NCBI GenBank assembly: GCA_964645485.1
Contig: CAZXZO010000004.1
Coordinates: 1-64,000 of the forward strand
DNA: 64,000 nucleotides
Reading direction: 5' to 3'
Origin: an uncultured Candidatus Poseidoniales archaeon
Lineage (GTDB): Archaea; Thermoplasmatota; Poseidoniia; Poseidoniales; Thalassarchaeaceae
Positions 37,289 through 47,032 of the stretch are shown here, piece by piece. Below the pieces are notes generated by a model that saw nothing but the letters and a program-made list of their open reading frames with translations, made no database searches and was not told the origin of the DNA. Within the stretch, counting starts at the first letter, position 1. Each line of letters opens with the position of its first letter. The translations under genes were made by a program, and so were the position numbers.

Positions 37289-38143
37289 ATGCAGGCGGTA
37301 TTGAAAGATATCATTTCCAGCACAGAACATTTCATCACAAAACACCAAGAACAACGTGACGAGTGGAACGCAAAAGTTGTTGAGAATAAGTCTCGCCGAG
37401 AACAAGTAAATGGTCAGAAGCGAGAGATATATGATGAAATCGAGCGCCAGCGTACAGTTCGTGATAAAGAAAATTCGAGTGTCAGAGAAGCCAAGGCTGA
37501 GCGAGAAAATGCAAATAAAGAATTTAATGCACTTCGAACTCAAATCCATGGAGCTGATGCTGATTCTAGAGGTAAGCGTAAAGAGGGCGATAGTCCCGAA
37601 TTTATCCGCAAAAAGATGAGGGCTCTTGAGGATAGATACGAGCGAGGACAATTCACAGGGAAGAAGGCTGAGAAGCAATTCCAGAACGATATGAAACAAT
37701 TTGCTCGTAAATTAAGAGAGGCTGAGGCAAAGAGGAAGCCAACTGGTGGGACTGATTCAAACAGTCAACTCGATGCTCTACGCGAGGCTTGTGATGCGGC
37801 CCACAACCGTGTAATTTCGGCAGCAGATGCTGCTCAGGCTGCTCATGATTTGATGGGTAAGTTGAATGATGAGACTCGGCGTTTGAATAATGAGCATGAG
37901 TTGGCACATAGGGCTTTTGTAACAGCAAAAGTGGAAGCAGACAGGGAACATGAACACTATATTGTAGCAATGCGTTGCATTTGGAGTTCAAGAAATCTGC
38001 TAAAGGCATCGCAAGACCGCGCTGAAGGAATACAACCGTCCAAGGCAGATGCACTGCCTGCAAATGTCGACTTGATGAGCGCTTTAATGTCTGGAAAAAC
38101 TCTCTCTACAGAACAATTGATGACTATGAAGCGTGACGATTGA
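37289..38143 (+). CDS. Archaeal coiled-coil protein (COG1340-like) paralogue 1
   Basis: RDE.N heptads, periodic His (AH..., EH...), C-terminal GKTLSTEQL; GGTGA SD before the ATG at 37289. Confidence 0.75.
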   Translation: MQAVLKDIISSTEHFITKHQEQRDEWNAKVVENKSRREQVNGQKREIYDEIERQRTVRDKENSSVREAKAERENANKEFNALRTQIHGADADSRGKRKEGDSPEFIRKKMRALEDRYERGQFTGKKAEKQFQNDMKQFARKLREAEAKRKPTGGTDSNSQLDALREACDAAHNRVISAADAAQAAHDLMGKLNDETRRLNNEHELAHRAFVTAKVEADREHEHYIVAMRCIWSSRNLLKASQDRAEGIQPSKADALPANVDLMSALMSGKTLSTEQLMTMKRDD

Positions 38144-38157
38144 AGTAGGTGCCAGGA

Positions 38158-39315
38158 ATGATTGATTCAACTGATATCTCGGACATTCTCAACGATTATG
38201 ATCGCATGAAGTTACGTATTGGCATGACAGCAAGCCACTCAGCACTGGATATCTGTGATGGTGCGATAGAAGAAGGATTTCCTACTGTCGCATACTGTCA
38301 AAAGGGAAGAGAGAAGACCTACTCCGAATATTTCAAAACTGTACGCAACCATTCTGGAAGAGTAACAAGAGGAATGGTTGACAAGGCAATAGTTCTTGAC
38401 CGGTTTGATAATGTTTTGAACCCATCATTTCAAGCAGCAATGAGGGATAGGAATGTGGTATATATTCCCAATCGCTCCTTCACATCTTATTGTGGAATGC
38501 AACAAATTGAGGACGATTTCAGGGTGCCTATGTTTGGCAGCCGCAATATGTTGAGAATGGAAGAGAGAACCGAAGATCAAGATTATTATTGGATTCTTGA
38601 TAAGGCTGGATTACCTTATCCTGAAGCAATTGAGAACCCACAAGATATTGATTGTCTTGTGATTGTTAAATTACATCACGCTGAAAAGAAACTTGAGCGA
38701 GGTTTCTTCACTTGTGCCTCTTATTCTGAATATCAAGAAAAATCAGAGTCACTTCTCAAACAGGGTGTTATTGATGAGGCAAGTTTAGCAGGTGCTAGAA
38801 TTGAACGGTATGTGGTTGGACCTGTTTTCAACCTCAATTTTTTCTATAGTCCGTTAGAAGAGGAGATGCCCAAACTCGAATTACTTGGTGTTGATTGGAG
38901 ATTTGAATCAAGTTTAGATGGTCATGTGAGGCTTCCTGCACCCCAACAAATGACTATGCCAATCCATCAGCAAATACCAGAGATGACTGTTGTAGGGCAC
39001 AATACCGCTACCATTAGAGAAAGCCTACTTGAGGAGGCTTTTGAGTTGGGTGAAAAATTCATCACCGCAAGCAAAGAGCATTATGACCCGGGAATTATTG
39101 GGCCATTTTGTTTACAAACATGTATTGACAAAGACATGAATTATTCAATTTACGATGTTGCTCCACGAGTCGGTGGAGGTACTAATGTGCACGTCAGTGT
39201 TGGTCACCCTTACGGAAATGCCACTTGGCGCAAACCAATGAGTAGTGGGCGCAGAATAGCCATGGAATTACGAAATGCGGTCGAGCAAGATAGGCTTGAC
39301 GAAGTACTCACTTGA
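38158..39315 (+). CDS. purP: FAICAR synthetase-like PurP protein
   Basis: ASHSALDICDGAIEEGF, PNRSF, FGSRNMLRMEER, ERGFF, GPFCLQ, RVGGGTN, MSSGRRIA. Confidence 0.9.
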   Translation: MIDSTDISDILNDYDRMKLRIGMTASHSALDICDGAIEEGFPTVAYCQKGREKTYSEYFKTVRNHSGRVTRGMVDKAIVLDRFDNVLNPSFQAAMRDRNVVYIPNRSFTSYCGMQQIEDDFRVPMFGSRNMLRMEERTEDQDYYWILDKAGLPYPEAIENPQDIDCLVIVKLHHAEKKLERGFFTCASYSEYQEKSESLLKQGVIDEASLAGARIERYVVGPVFNLNFFYSPLEEEMPKLELLGVDWRFESSLDGHVRLPAPQQMTMPIHQQIPEMTVVGHNTATIRESLLEEAFELGEKFITASKEHYDPGIIGPFCLQTCIDKDMNYSIYDVAPRVGGGTNVHVSVGHPYGNATWRKPMSSGRRIAMELRNAVEQDRLDEVLT

Positions 39316-39330
39316 GTATCACACTGTTAG

Positions 39331-39705
39331 TTACAGAAGTTGAAGTAATTGTGTAGATGCAATTTCCATTTGTTTTCGCACCATCCCAAGATTAACACCT
39401 TTCTCTGTTTTGCATACAATTGAGTAAGAATTGTTGATTTTCGAAACGGCTAAAATCCCCTCTTCACCATTCAAAGTTACAATTTTGGGTTCACCGAGTT
39501 GAATATTAGAAAGTAGTAAATTTGCAGTATTTACGATTGAAGGAATTAGCGAGCCAATTCCTTCAAGGAACAATGCTGGCGCACCTTCGACTTCATGGAT
39601 GAATCCCTCCATCGAGCAGATTGCACACCAGGAAACGCCATCAATCTTGGCGACCTCCTTGACAATGTTAGACTTCACTTTACTCACGTGTACAAGGGAG
39701 GTCAA
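39331..39705 (-). CDS. Roadblock/LC7 domain protein
   Basis: 124 aa; IDGVSWCAICSMEG and GVNLGMVRKQM follow the roadblock pattern. Confidence 0.72.
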   Translation of the reverse strand: MTSLVHVSKVKSNIVKEVAKIDGVSWCAICSMEGFIHEVEGAPALFLEGIGSLIPSIVNTANLLLSNIQLGEPKIVTLNGEEGILAVSKINNSYSIVCKTEKGVNLGMVRKQMEIASTQLLQLL

Positions 39706-39729
39706 TAAAGAAGGTGCGTAATCATACGC

Positions 39730-40785
39730 TCATTCTTCTCGTCTTTGATGAGAGCGAGCAACGCCTCGCCGAGGTTGAGTTTTGCTTCTCCCACCTCTTC
39801 TAGAACCTTGTTTTTTCTTCTTTGAAGTCTTTTTGTTAGTGGATTCTTGTAATTGGGATAATCCTCCCGTCTCGAGTATTCTCGCCATATCTTCCATCGA
39901 CAAAGTGCCGCCACTCATTGCATGTTCTCGGAGTGTGTTGATTCGCTTGCGAACTTTTCTGCCTCGCTTCTCATCTTCCTTGCGAATTCTACTAAAGGAT
40001 TCAAGGCGGCCAATTTCCCTCTTTACTCGGCGTAATTCTGATCGTTGGCTACGAATAGAGTCGAGCATTTTTTCGATGCGGTTATTGAGGTCTTTCTCCT
40101 CCTTTCTGCTAATTTTTGTGCCTTCTAAGCGAGGATTTTCATCTGCTGCTTTCGCGGCAATTCCACTGGATTCTTCTTGCAAACCATCAAGTTTCTTGAT
40201 GGTTTCTTTTTGCATTCTAATCATCTCTACAAAATTTTGGTGGGATGCATCAGACTGAAGCTTGAGTTTGTGCATTACTTTTAGTTCAAAGAAGAATGAG
40301 AATTTTTGGATTTCATTAGCCAGATTTGGTGCTCGACTAGGGTCATCGCGGATAGAAGTCAAATCTTTCCATGTTCGCTTGAGCAATCTCTCGATTAGAT
40401 TCAATGGAGGTGATACTCTTAAGTTGATATCATCGCGAATGGATTTCGCCTCATTGATTTGTTTATTTCGTTCCCGTAACTCATTCAATAAGTCTCGGCG
40501 TTCTTTTGAAACGCCGCCAGAATTATACAATGCTGTGCGGAGTACTTGTACCGTTGAAATCAAAGATTTCCGTTCACTTTCTAAAGATTCTAGTTGAGAT
40601 TCCATCGCTCTTGAGGATGCTCTGTTGTCATTGAGCATATCTTCAATTTCATGAGTTTCAAGTTCTCTTAAATCTTCAAAGAAATCTCGTCGAGTTGACT
40701 TCTTTCCTTTATTGCCTCTTTTTGAGTTCCGTTTTTTGGACTCTTGTGACTTTTTCTTGGGCTTGGAATTAGATTGTTTACTCAT
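39730..40785 (-). CDS. Coiled-coil protein (COG1340-like) paralogue 2, with basic termini
   Basis: Heptads, RDDIN, C-terminal GGTLSMED, Lys/Arg-rich ends. Confidence 0.7.
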   Translation of the reverse strand: MSKQSNSKPKKKSQESKKRNSKRGNKGKKSTRRDFFEDLRELETHEIEDMLNDNRASSRAMESQLESLESERKSLISTVQVLRTALYNSGGVSKERRDLLNELRERNKQINEAKSIRDDINLRVSPPLNLIERLLKRTWKDLTSIRDDPSRAPNLANEIQKFSFFFELKVMHKLKLQSDASHQNFVEMIRMQKETIKKLDGLQEESSGIAAKAADENPRLEGTKISRKEEKDLNNRIEKMLDSIRSQRSELRRVKREIGRLESFSRIRKEDEKRGRKVRKRINTLREHAMSGGTLSMEDMARILETGGLSQLQESTNKKTSKKKKQGSRRGGRSKTQPRRGVARSHQRREE

Positions 40786-41600
40786 TCTTCCTCACCCCCT
40801 TGATTTTTGACAACAGGCCTTTGGGGCATGCTTGATGGTTTTCCTTCTGCTACCATTCGGCTAGCAGCCATCAAGTCTCCAGTCCCATCTTTTAGGTCCC
40901 CAAATCCACTTTCAATTCGGTGATTCCAGTAACCAACGATGTCATCAGATGATGATAAAAGTGATTTTGAACGGTTAAGTTGACTTTGTGCTTCACGTTG
41001 TACTTCTTTGTGTTCTGCGTACTTGGTGTGATGCTCACCACTTACTTCTGCCAAACGTACTAGTTCTACATGAGCGGCATCAGCATCTTCGAGCAATTGC
41101 CTATGCATTTTCCATCCATCCCGATATTCTTTCAATTCGGGGTTAGAATCGAGTCTTTGTGTGACCCATTCTTCGTGGGAGCGAGTAAGTTCACGCATTT
41201 GGCGTAGTAATTTCCTTTCACTGTTCAAATCTAGTGCAGATGTTTCAACTTTTTCGTCGATTTCAGCCAATTTTTGTGCTAGTTTTTCCTTTGCCCACCC
41301 TGGGTTCGGATTCTTGAGTTTATTCTCTTCAATTAAAGTCTCACGTAAGCCTGTAAGTTTCTTTCGCAATTCTTTTGCTTCTGATTGCATTGAATCTCTT
41401 TTTGCTTTCAAATGAGAAACCTCATCTGTTGCTTTGTCTCTTTCTTTAAGCGCTGATTCAACTAAGGGATTCAATTGATCTAACTCTTGCTTTCTATCGC
41501 GAACGATTTTTGGCAGAGTATCACTCAATTCGTGACGGCGGGCAATTATTGCTTGTGCCACTTCCTCTGGAGTCATGGCAAGTAGTGTGCTGACATCCAT
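40782..41600 (-). CDS. Coiled-coil protein (COG1340-like) paralogue 3
   Basis: ERDKA...KRD, ETSALDLNSERKL, ADAAH...GEHH; 4-nt overlap with the next gene. Confidence 0.72.
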   Translation of the reverse strand: MDVSTLLAMTPEEVAQAIIARRHELSDTLPKIVRDRKQELDQLNPLVESALKERDKATDEVSHLKAKRDSMQSEAKELRKKLTGLRETLIEENKLKNPNPGWAKEKLAQKLAEIDEKVETSALDLNSERKLLRQMRELTRSHEEWVTQRLDSNPELKEYRDGWKMHRQLLEDADAAHVELVRLAEVSGEHHTKYAEHKEVQREAQSQLNRSKSLLSSSDDIVGYWNHRIESGFGDLKDGTGDLMAASRMVAEGKPSSMPQRPVVKNQGGEEE

Positions 41601-41697
41601 AGGCAAGCCGCCCACCTGACTATCTCTCATAAAGGTGAGGTTTTTCTATCCGAAGGATAGTAAAGGTCATTCATCCGTCTTGGCGCAGGCAATAACG

Positions 41698-44349
41698 ATG
41701 AGGGCCTCCTATGTCCGCCAGACTTTGGCAAGTCTTTGCGTTGTGTTCTTAGTAATCCCTCTACTTTCTGTGGTTTCTGCTAATGGTTCGGGATTGCTCC
41801 TAGACTCGTCATCACTTGTGGTGGTTGGAGATTTAGAAGAAGGGGAAGGTGATGTGAATATTTCAATTGATGTTCAATCACATGATGTTGTTTCCCTAGG
41901 TGCAATTAACATGACTCTTGTTGAGGGTGAGAGTACAATTATTGCCAGTGAAAATGTTTCACTTAATCTTAGTTCAGATGAAATCATAACCGTTCAATTC
42001 AACATCTCTCAATTAGCAATCGGCCAATACACAATGAATCTAGTACTCTTTGGTGATGTTGGCACTCCATTTGCCAACTATACAGACTCAATCAGTCAAT
42101 TTGTCAAGAGATTAGCGCCAGCCACTGGTGAAGTCAGTGACACTAATCAATGGCAGATCATTCCAGTTAACCCAAGCACTGGTGAAGCGAGTGGAAACTC
42201 ATCATTTAGGGACGGAGATGTAGGTTGGGCGGAAGTCCCTGTAAGCAATTCAGGGGAAGTTGACTTCACCGGCAGTATCGGGTTTGCAGTTGACGACGGG
42301 CAGTTTGTTTTTCAAAACCTAACAATTTCACCTTTATCTTCAACTCCTGTGAATTTTTCAATACCACAACTCTTTGAGAATAATTTGACAACTTTCAGAG
42401 TAAATTTGTCTGGTCAAGTAAGTTCACTTGAAATTCAAGTCGGGCCTCCGCCTTTAGCAAGGCTAGATATCCTTGCAAGCGCTGACAATTCTGCACCTCA
42501 ATTAGGACAGGAGGTTATGTGGACAGTAAATTTGTCTAATTCTGGAGAAGTAGCATGGGTAGGGGACCTAAGATGTGCATTTTCTAATTCAGTGGTGTTT
42601 AGCGAATCTTTGTACGTAAACCATGGCGAAGGACAATCTCGTCAATTCTCATTTTTGGTTCGACCAGGGGATTTGAATTGCTCAGTTGTGAATAATGACA
42701 GACTTCATGATGACTCAATAACCAGTTTTTCACACACATACGATATGGATGCCGCACATTTCTCGACAGCAGGGAGTGCTGGCTTGGCAATTGTTGGAAC
42801 TAATTTTCATGTTGGTGATGACTTACAAGCAACACTAATCGCTCATAACGGGGGTGATTACCAAGGAAATGCAAGACTCTCAATTAGTGATTCAGGAGGG
42901 TTATCAGAAGGTTTGTCGCGGCAATTTTTTGTCGGGAATAGTTTGCAATTAGATGTTAGTCACACGCTTCAAGGAAGTGCGGGAAGTCGAATTCTATACT
43001 GGGCAGTAGTGAGTGAAGATGGCTTAGTTGATGCAAACCTTTCTGGTCAAGTTGAAGTCCAGGTTTCACCTTCACAACATTTGGAGGGCGAAATCACTAC
43101 TGTTGATTGGACTACTTCTGATGGTTTAGTTGCTGAAATTGATTTACAATTGTCAGAAGGTCGCTCTCGTACTGTCAGAATTCAGGTTGGTCACATGAAC
43201 GGTGATGATTCTGTGACAGTGATTGATACTGATGTAGAATTGGCACCTGGGCAACGTACTCTTTCCTTCGATTTAGGTGTACCTTTGGTCGCTGAGGGAG
43301 TCTGGCTAACACTGGAAGTTGCAGATTGGCTACCTGCACAATTATCACAAATGAATTCCACACGTTCAGTCAGTGAACCAGATGTTAAGCCGAGTGTAAT
43401 CTTAGGTGTTTCCAATCCTGCAGTACCGGTTAGTGGTGAGTCTGCTACAATAGCCTACACTCTCTCAAATGATGGTACTGACAATATCGCCGGGGGAGTT
43501 TTGGTTCTCAAGGTGTCTTCAACCAATGAAATACTATGGCAAGAGTCAGCACCTTTAGTAGAAGCAGGAGATAGCCAATCGGGAGAAATTAGCCTGGATA
43601 ATTGGCCTTCTGGGGTGGCTGTGGGCCTACACCTTGAATGGCGAAGTGGTGGAACTGAAACAATAACCACGAAATCATATCCATCCAAAGCTCCCACTGT
43701 TGCTGATTCATTTGATATTCCTTGGGCTGCCATCATTTATGGCGCCATAGCTGGCATTGTCATCTCAGCAGTGGCACGATTCGTATTTGTTTGGCAAGGA
43801 GAGGACCCTGATGAGAGGGCGCAACATCGCCAACAGAGGCGAGATGCTAGAGCGACTGCCAAGGAAGATGCCAAAAAGAACAGACAGGAGAAGATAAATC
43901 CTACAGGCAAACAAGAAGTCGGTTGCCCTTCATGCAGTATGACACTGCGAGTTCCCAACGATTATGATGGGCAGGCCCGTTGTCCCGCATGTACTCATGT
44001 ATTCCCAGTGACTCCTGTTCAAACATCTGATTCAGAGCCAGATGGAATAGTCGATGATGATGAAGATATTGAAGAGCCTGAGAAGTCAGAAATTTCACAA
44101 TCGAAGAAGCGCGAATTGGGGACTAAAGTTGGCACGGTTTCAACTCAAAAAGCAACCAAACCAAAACCAGTAGAGAAAAAGCAGGCTAAGCCACAGAGCG
44201 CTGACTCTTCAATAGCATCTGCAGAATCTGCAGGAGATGAGATTCGTTGCCCTGCCTGCGCACAGAGATTGAAGGTTCCTTATGATAGGAGGCCAATTAC
44301 AGCCAAGTGTCCAAGGTGTGAATCTAAGTTCATGGCAGAAAAAGAATGA
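41698..44349 (+). CDS. Large surface protein: signal peptide, Ig/CARDB-like repeats, TM helix, two cytoplasmic zinc ribbons
   Basis: V.NSGE..F/W.G repeats; TM WAAIIYGAIAGIVISAVARFV; CPSC..CPAC and CPAC..CPRC. Confidence 0.8.
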   Translation: MRASYVRQTLASLCVVFLVIPLLSVVSANGSGLLLDSSSLVVVGDLEEGEGDVNISIDVQSHDVVSLGAINMTLVEGESTIIASENVSLNLSSDEIITVQFNISQLAIGQYTMNLVLFGDVGTPFANYTDSISQFVKRLAPATGEVSDTNQWQIIPVNPSTGEASGNSSFRDGDVGWAEVPVSNSGEVDFTGSIGFAVDDGQFVFQNLTISPLSSTPVNFSIPQLFENNLTTFRVNLSGQVSSLEIQVGPPPLARLDILASADNSAPQLGQEVMWTVNLSNSGEVAWVGDLRCAFSNSVVFSESLYVNHGEGQSRQFSFLVRPGDLNCSVVNNDRLHDDSITSFSHTYDMDAAHFSTAGSAGLAIVGTNFHVGDDLQATLIAHNGGDYQGNARLSISDSGGLSEGLSRQFFVGNSLQLDVSHTLQGSAGSRILYWAVVSEDGLVDANLSGQVEVQVSPSQHLEGEITTVDWTTSDGLVAEIDLQLSEGRSRTVRIQVGHMNGDDSVTVIDTDVELAPGQRTLSFDLGVPLVAEGVWLTLEVADWLPAQLSQMNSTRSVSEPDVKPSVILGVSNPAVPVSGESATIAYTLSNDGTDNIAGGVLVLKVSSTNEILWQESAPLVEAGDSQSGEISLDNWPSGVAVGLHLEWRSGGTETITTKSYPSKAPTVADSFDIPWAAIIYGAIAGIVISAVARFVFVWQGEDPDERAQHRQQRRDARATAKEDAKKNRQEKINPTGKQEVGCPSCSMTLRVPNDYDGQARCPACTHVFPVTPVQTSDSEPDGIVDDDEDIEEPEKSEISQSKKRELGTKVGTVSTQKATKPKPVEKKQAKPQSADSSIASAESAGDEIRCPACAQRLKVPYDRRPITAKCPRCESKFMAEKE

Positions 44350-44358
44350 GGTGGAACC

Positions 44359-45009
44359 ATGTCAATTCCTATTCAAGAAGATCAAGAGATGTATCTCAAA
44401 AAACTGTTTCAAATACATTTGATAGATAATACCGAACCAATTAGGACAAGTAGAATTGCCGAAGAGATGAATGTTTCAGCACCAAGTGCTAGTGAGATGC
44501 TAAAGCGGCTTGGACGCAAGGGATTTGTGAATTATGTTCCATACAAAGGAGTGACATTAACTCAACAAGGCATTGATGCGGCTAGCCGTGTTAAAAGAAG
44601 AGAAGCACTGATGGAGGTTTTTCTAGTTCAAATGTTGGATTTCAGAGGCGATGTGAAAGATGTTGCATGCAGGTTGGAACACGCCCTAACAGATGAATTA
44701 GAATCTTCTATAGACCGGTTGCTTGGTTACCCAAGTCACACAATTGATGGTGATGAAATACCAGCGGCTAATAGAATGATTAGTAGTGATATTGAAGGTA
44801 TATTATTACCACTTTCTGCTTTACCTGTGGGTTCTCCCGGTGTGGTAGAGTTGGTTGTTATCGATGGTATGGATGCTCGTACCCTTTCAGACATGGGATT
44901 AATGGTTGGGTCTAAGGTCCAAAATAATGGTGATGATTGGCAAGTCAATGGGGTGAGAATGAGCCTCTCAAACACACTCCAATCAAGAATATTGGTACGC
45001 ACCGCTTAA
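44359..45009 (+). CDS. DtxR/MntR-family metal-dependent repressor with FeoA-like C-domain
   Basis: EMYLK, VSAPSASEMLKRL, YVPYKGVTLT, ACRLEH. Confidence 0.9.
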   Translation: MSIPIQEDQEMYLKKLFQIHLIDNTEPIRTSRIAEEMNVSAPSASEMLKRLGRKGFVNYVPYKGVTLTQQGIDAASRVKRREALMEVFLVQMLDFRGDVKDVACRLEHALTDELESSIDRLLGYPSHTIDGDEIPAANRMISSDIEGILLPLSALPVGSPGVVELVVIDGMDARTLSDMGLMVGSKVQNNGDDWQVNGVRMSLSNTLQSRILVRTA

Positions 45010-45052
45010 TTCGGAAGCAAAGACGCCTTGATATGGGATTGATGAGTCGGCG

Positions 45053-46069
45053 ATGCCGATGGCACGAGAGGTGGAAGAGTCCGACCCCGAGCAAGACGGG
45101 GTTCGTGAACGACTTCAAGCGATGGAATCTAAGATGAGAAAACTCTCTGACCAGAGAAGGACTCACAACGAATCTGCTCGCACAAACGCCGATAAGAGAG
45201 ATGCTGTTCAGAAGCAATATGGCTCTTTGCGTGAAGAAATTAAAGAAATTTTGGACTCTCAAAAAGAGGTGAGAGTTAAAGCGAAAATTCACCAAGCAAG
45301 AAGAGATGCAATCCAAGAACAACTTAGAAATTTATTTTCAAAGTCAAAATCAGCAAAATCAAATAGGGACAAATCAGTTGTTTTGCAACTTTCAGAGAAG
45401 AGTGCAGAAGCAGAACAAATTGAATTCCGTTTAGAAAGGGACGGGACTCTGAAATTGGATGCTGAAAACCGTCTTCACAAGAAATTGAAATCTCTAAAAA
45501 ATGAAATCAAAGAACTTGAACCTCAAGTTCAGGCTGAGATGCGAATTAAAATAGATATTAACGACCTTGAGGGTTCCATCGAGCAACTAAAAGCAGAAGC
45601 AGATGAAGAACACAAACAGATGGTTGCGTTTAATGATGAAGCGGATAAAATCTGGGAAGAAGTAAAACCAAAATTCGATGAACGAGATTTCTTGAAGGCC
45701 GAAGGAGACAGACTTCACAATTCATTCGTTCAGTGTCGAAAGGATGCAGATGCAGTACACCAACAAATTGAGGAATTAATGGCTCAGGTTACGTCTGCTC
45801 GTAAAGAATTACAAGGAATTAGAGATGAGAGATCATCATGGATTACTCTTCACAACAAATCAGTTGAAGAATCAACTAGCACACCTCAGAAGAATGAGGA
45901 ATTAGCAGACAATCTTGTCTCAAACCTGATGGGTTCCGGAGCGCTATCCCTAGGTGGGACCGCTGGCCGGGTGGCAGAAGATAGTAGTCGCTCAAACCAC
46001 CGGAGAAAGGGACGGAAAACCACATTGGCAAGGCGAGGTAATCGCGGAAGTAGCAAAAAATCTGAGTAA
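45053..46069 (+). CDS. Coiled-coil protein (COG1340-like) paralogue 4
   Basis: KRDA, AEADEEH, EGDRLH and DADAVH periodic His pattern. Confidence 0.75.
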   Translation: MPMAREVEESDPEQDGVRERLQAMESKMRKLSDQRRTHNESARTNADKRDAVQKQYGSLREEIKEILDSQKEVRVKAKIHQARRDAIQEQLRNLFSKSKSAKSNRDKSVVLQLSEKSAEAEQIEFRLERDGTLKLDAENRLHKKLKSLKNEIKELEPQVQAEMRIKIDINDLEGSIEQLKAEADEEHKQMVAFNDEADKIWEEVKPKFDERDFLKAEGDRLHNSFVQCRKDADAVHQQIEELMAQVTSARKELQGIRDERSSWITLHNKSVEESTSTPQKNEELADNLVSNLMGSGALSLGGTAGRVAEDSSRSNHRRKGRKTTLARRGNRGSSKKSE

Positions 46070-46180
46070 ATTAAATCACGCAGATGATGTGTTGATTAAA
46101 ATTAATTTACTGTTACATTGATGCACCTTTGTTCAGTTCGGCATTAGTATAAAATATACGACTTTGACGGGGGCGCTCCG

Positions 46181-46423
46181 ATGAGAATAGGCGATGAAGC
46201 ACCTCGACGTAGTTACGACCGTCAATGGGATGAAATTGAGGGCATGCTAGAGATTGCAGAAGAGCGTGGGGTTGAATGGCAAAGTTGGTTTGAGGAATGT
46301 CGTGATAATAGTGACAAAGAGGGTATGAAAGAAGCCGCTCGTAATTATAAGGCCCTTCAAGGGGTTATCAAATGCTTGAAATGGGTGCTTGGTGAAGAGG
46401 GTATAGACCACCCACTAGAGTGA
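46181..46423 (+). CDS. Hypothetical 80-aa helical protein
   Basis: ORF with protein-like composition and TATAAAAT about 26 nt upstream. Confidence 0.7.
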   Translation: MRIGDEAPRRSYDRQWDEIEGMLEIAEERGVEWQSWFEECRDNSDKEGMKEAARNYKALQGVIKCLKWVLGEEGIDHPLE

Positions 46424-47032
46424 ATATCCTACTCGCCATTATCGCAGCCCTCTTTGAATACGATTGGTCCGAGCGGTTTACTTCTCGGACATTCGTTCAA
46501 TGGAAGACTTTGTTAACAAAATCGATTTCTAATGTTCTAACTTTGTTGATAATCTCAACAAGCGCCGCTAGGGTGTAAGCACTTCGGCATCTTCGAACAT
46601 TCAGGGCGACCTCTTCTTGGCCGCATGGGCATTCACATCACTGAAAACAAATTCAATGGAACAAGTAGGGAATCCGTTTGAAAAATATTATTTCCGTGGA
46701 ATCTAGTGCCCTTTCCCGGAAAGGCCCTATACGGTGAATTTTTTTACACTAATCTGTTGCGCATTCTTTAGTCTGAGCCCCCGTAGGAAATACCCATCCC
46801 GCTGCGAGTAATTTAAGTTGGTTTGCCGCTGAAAGAGTAAAACGCTCAAATTCGCAGAATTTCTTTTTTGATTAATAATAGAGTTGACGAGAGTCAGTTC
46901 AACGGAAGCAAATTATGGATTGGTGAGCGGCGAGAAAGCGACGTAGCAATGTTTTCTACAGATTGAGTAGAGAATAGCAATATTTTTGAGGGCTCAATTA
47001 AGTTTATAAATTGCATTGATTTAATTAATCCA

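Noticed and set aside
37223-37699. Long antisense ORFs (also 139-507, 39782-40258, 44945-45322 and many others)
   Set aside because: They are shadows of well-supported genes on the other strand, especially charged coiled-coil genes, and have no motifs.
44359-45009. DtxR operator near the regulator
   Set aside because: No TTAGG-N-CCTAA-like palindrome or metal transporter gene was found nearby.
46952-46973. Cas12a-like crRNA handle hairpin (ttctac...gtaga)
   Set aside because: Single copy, no array, and no cas gene in the window.
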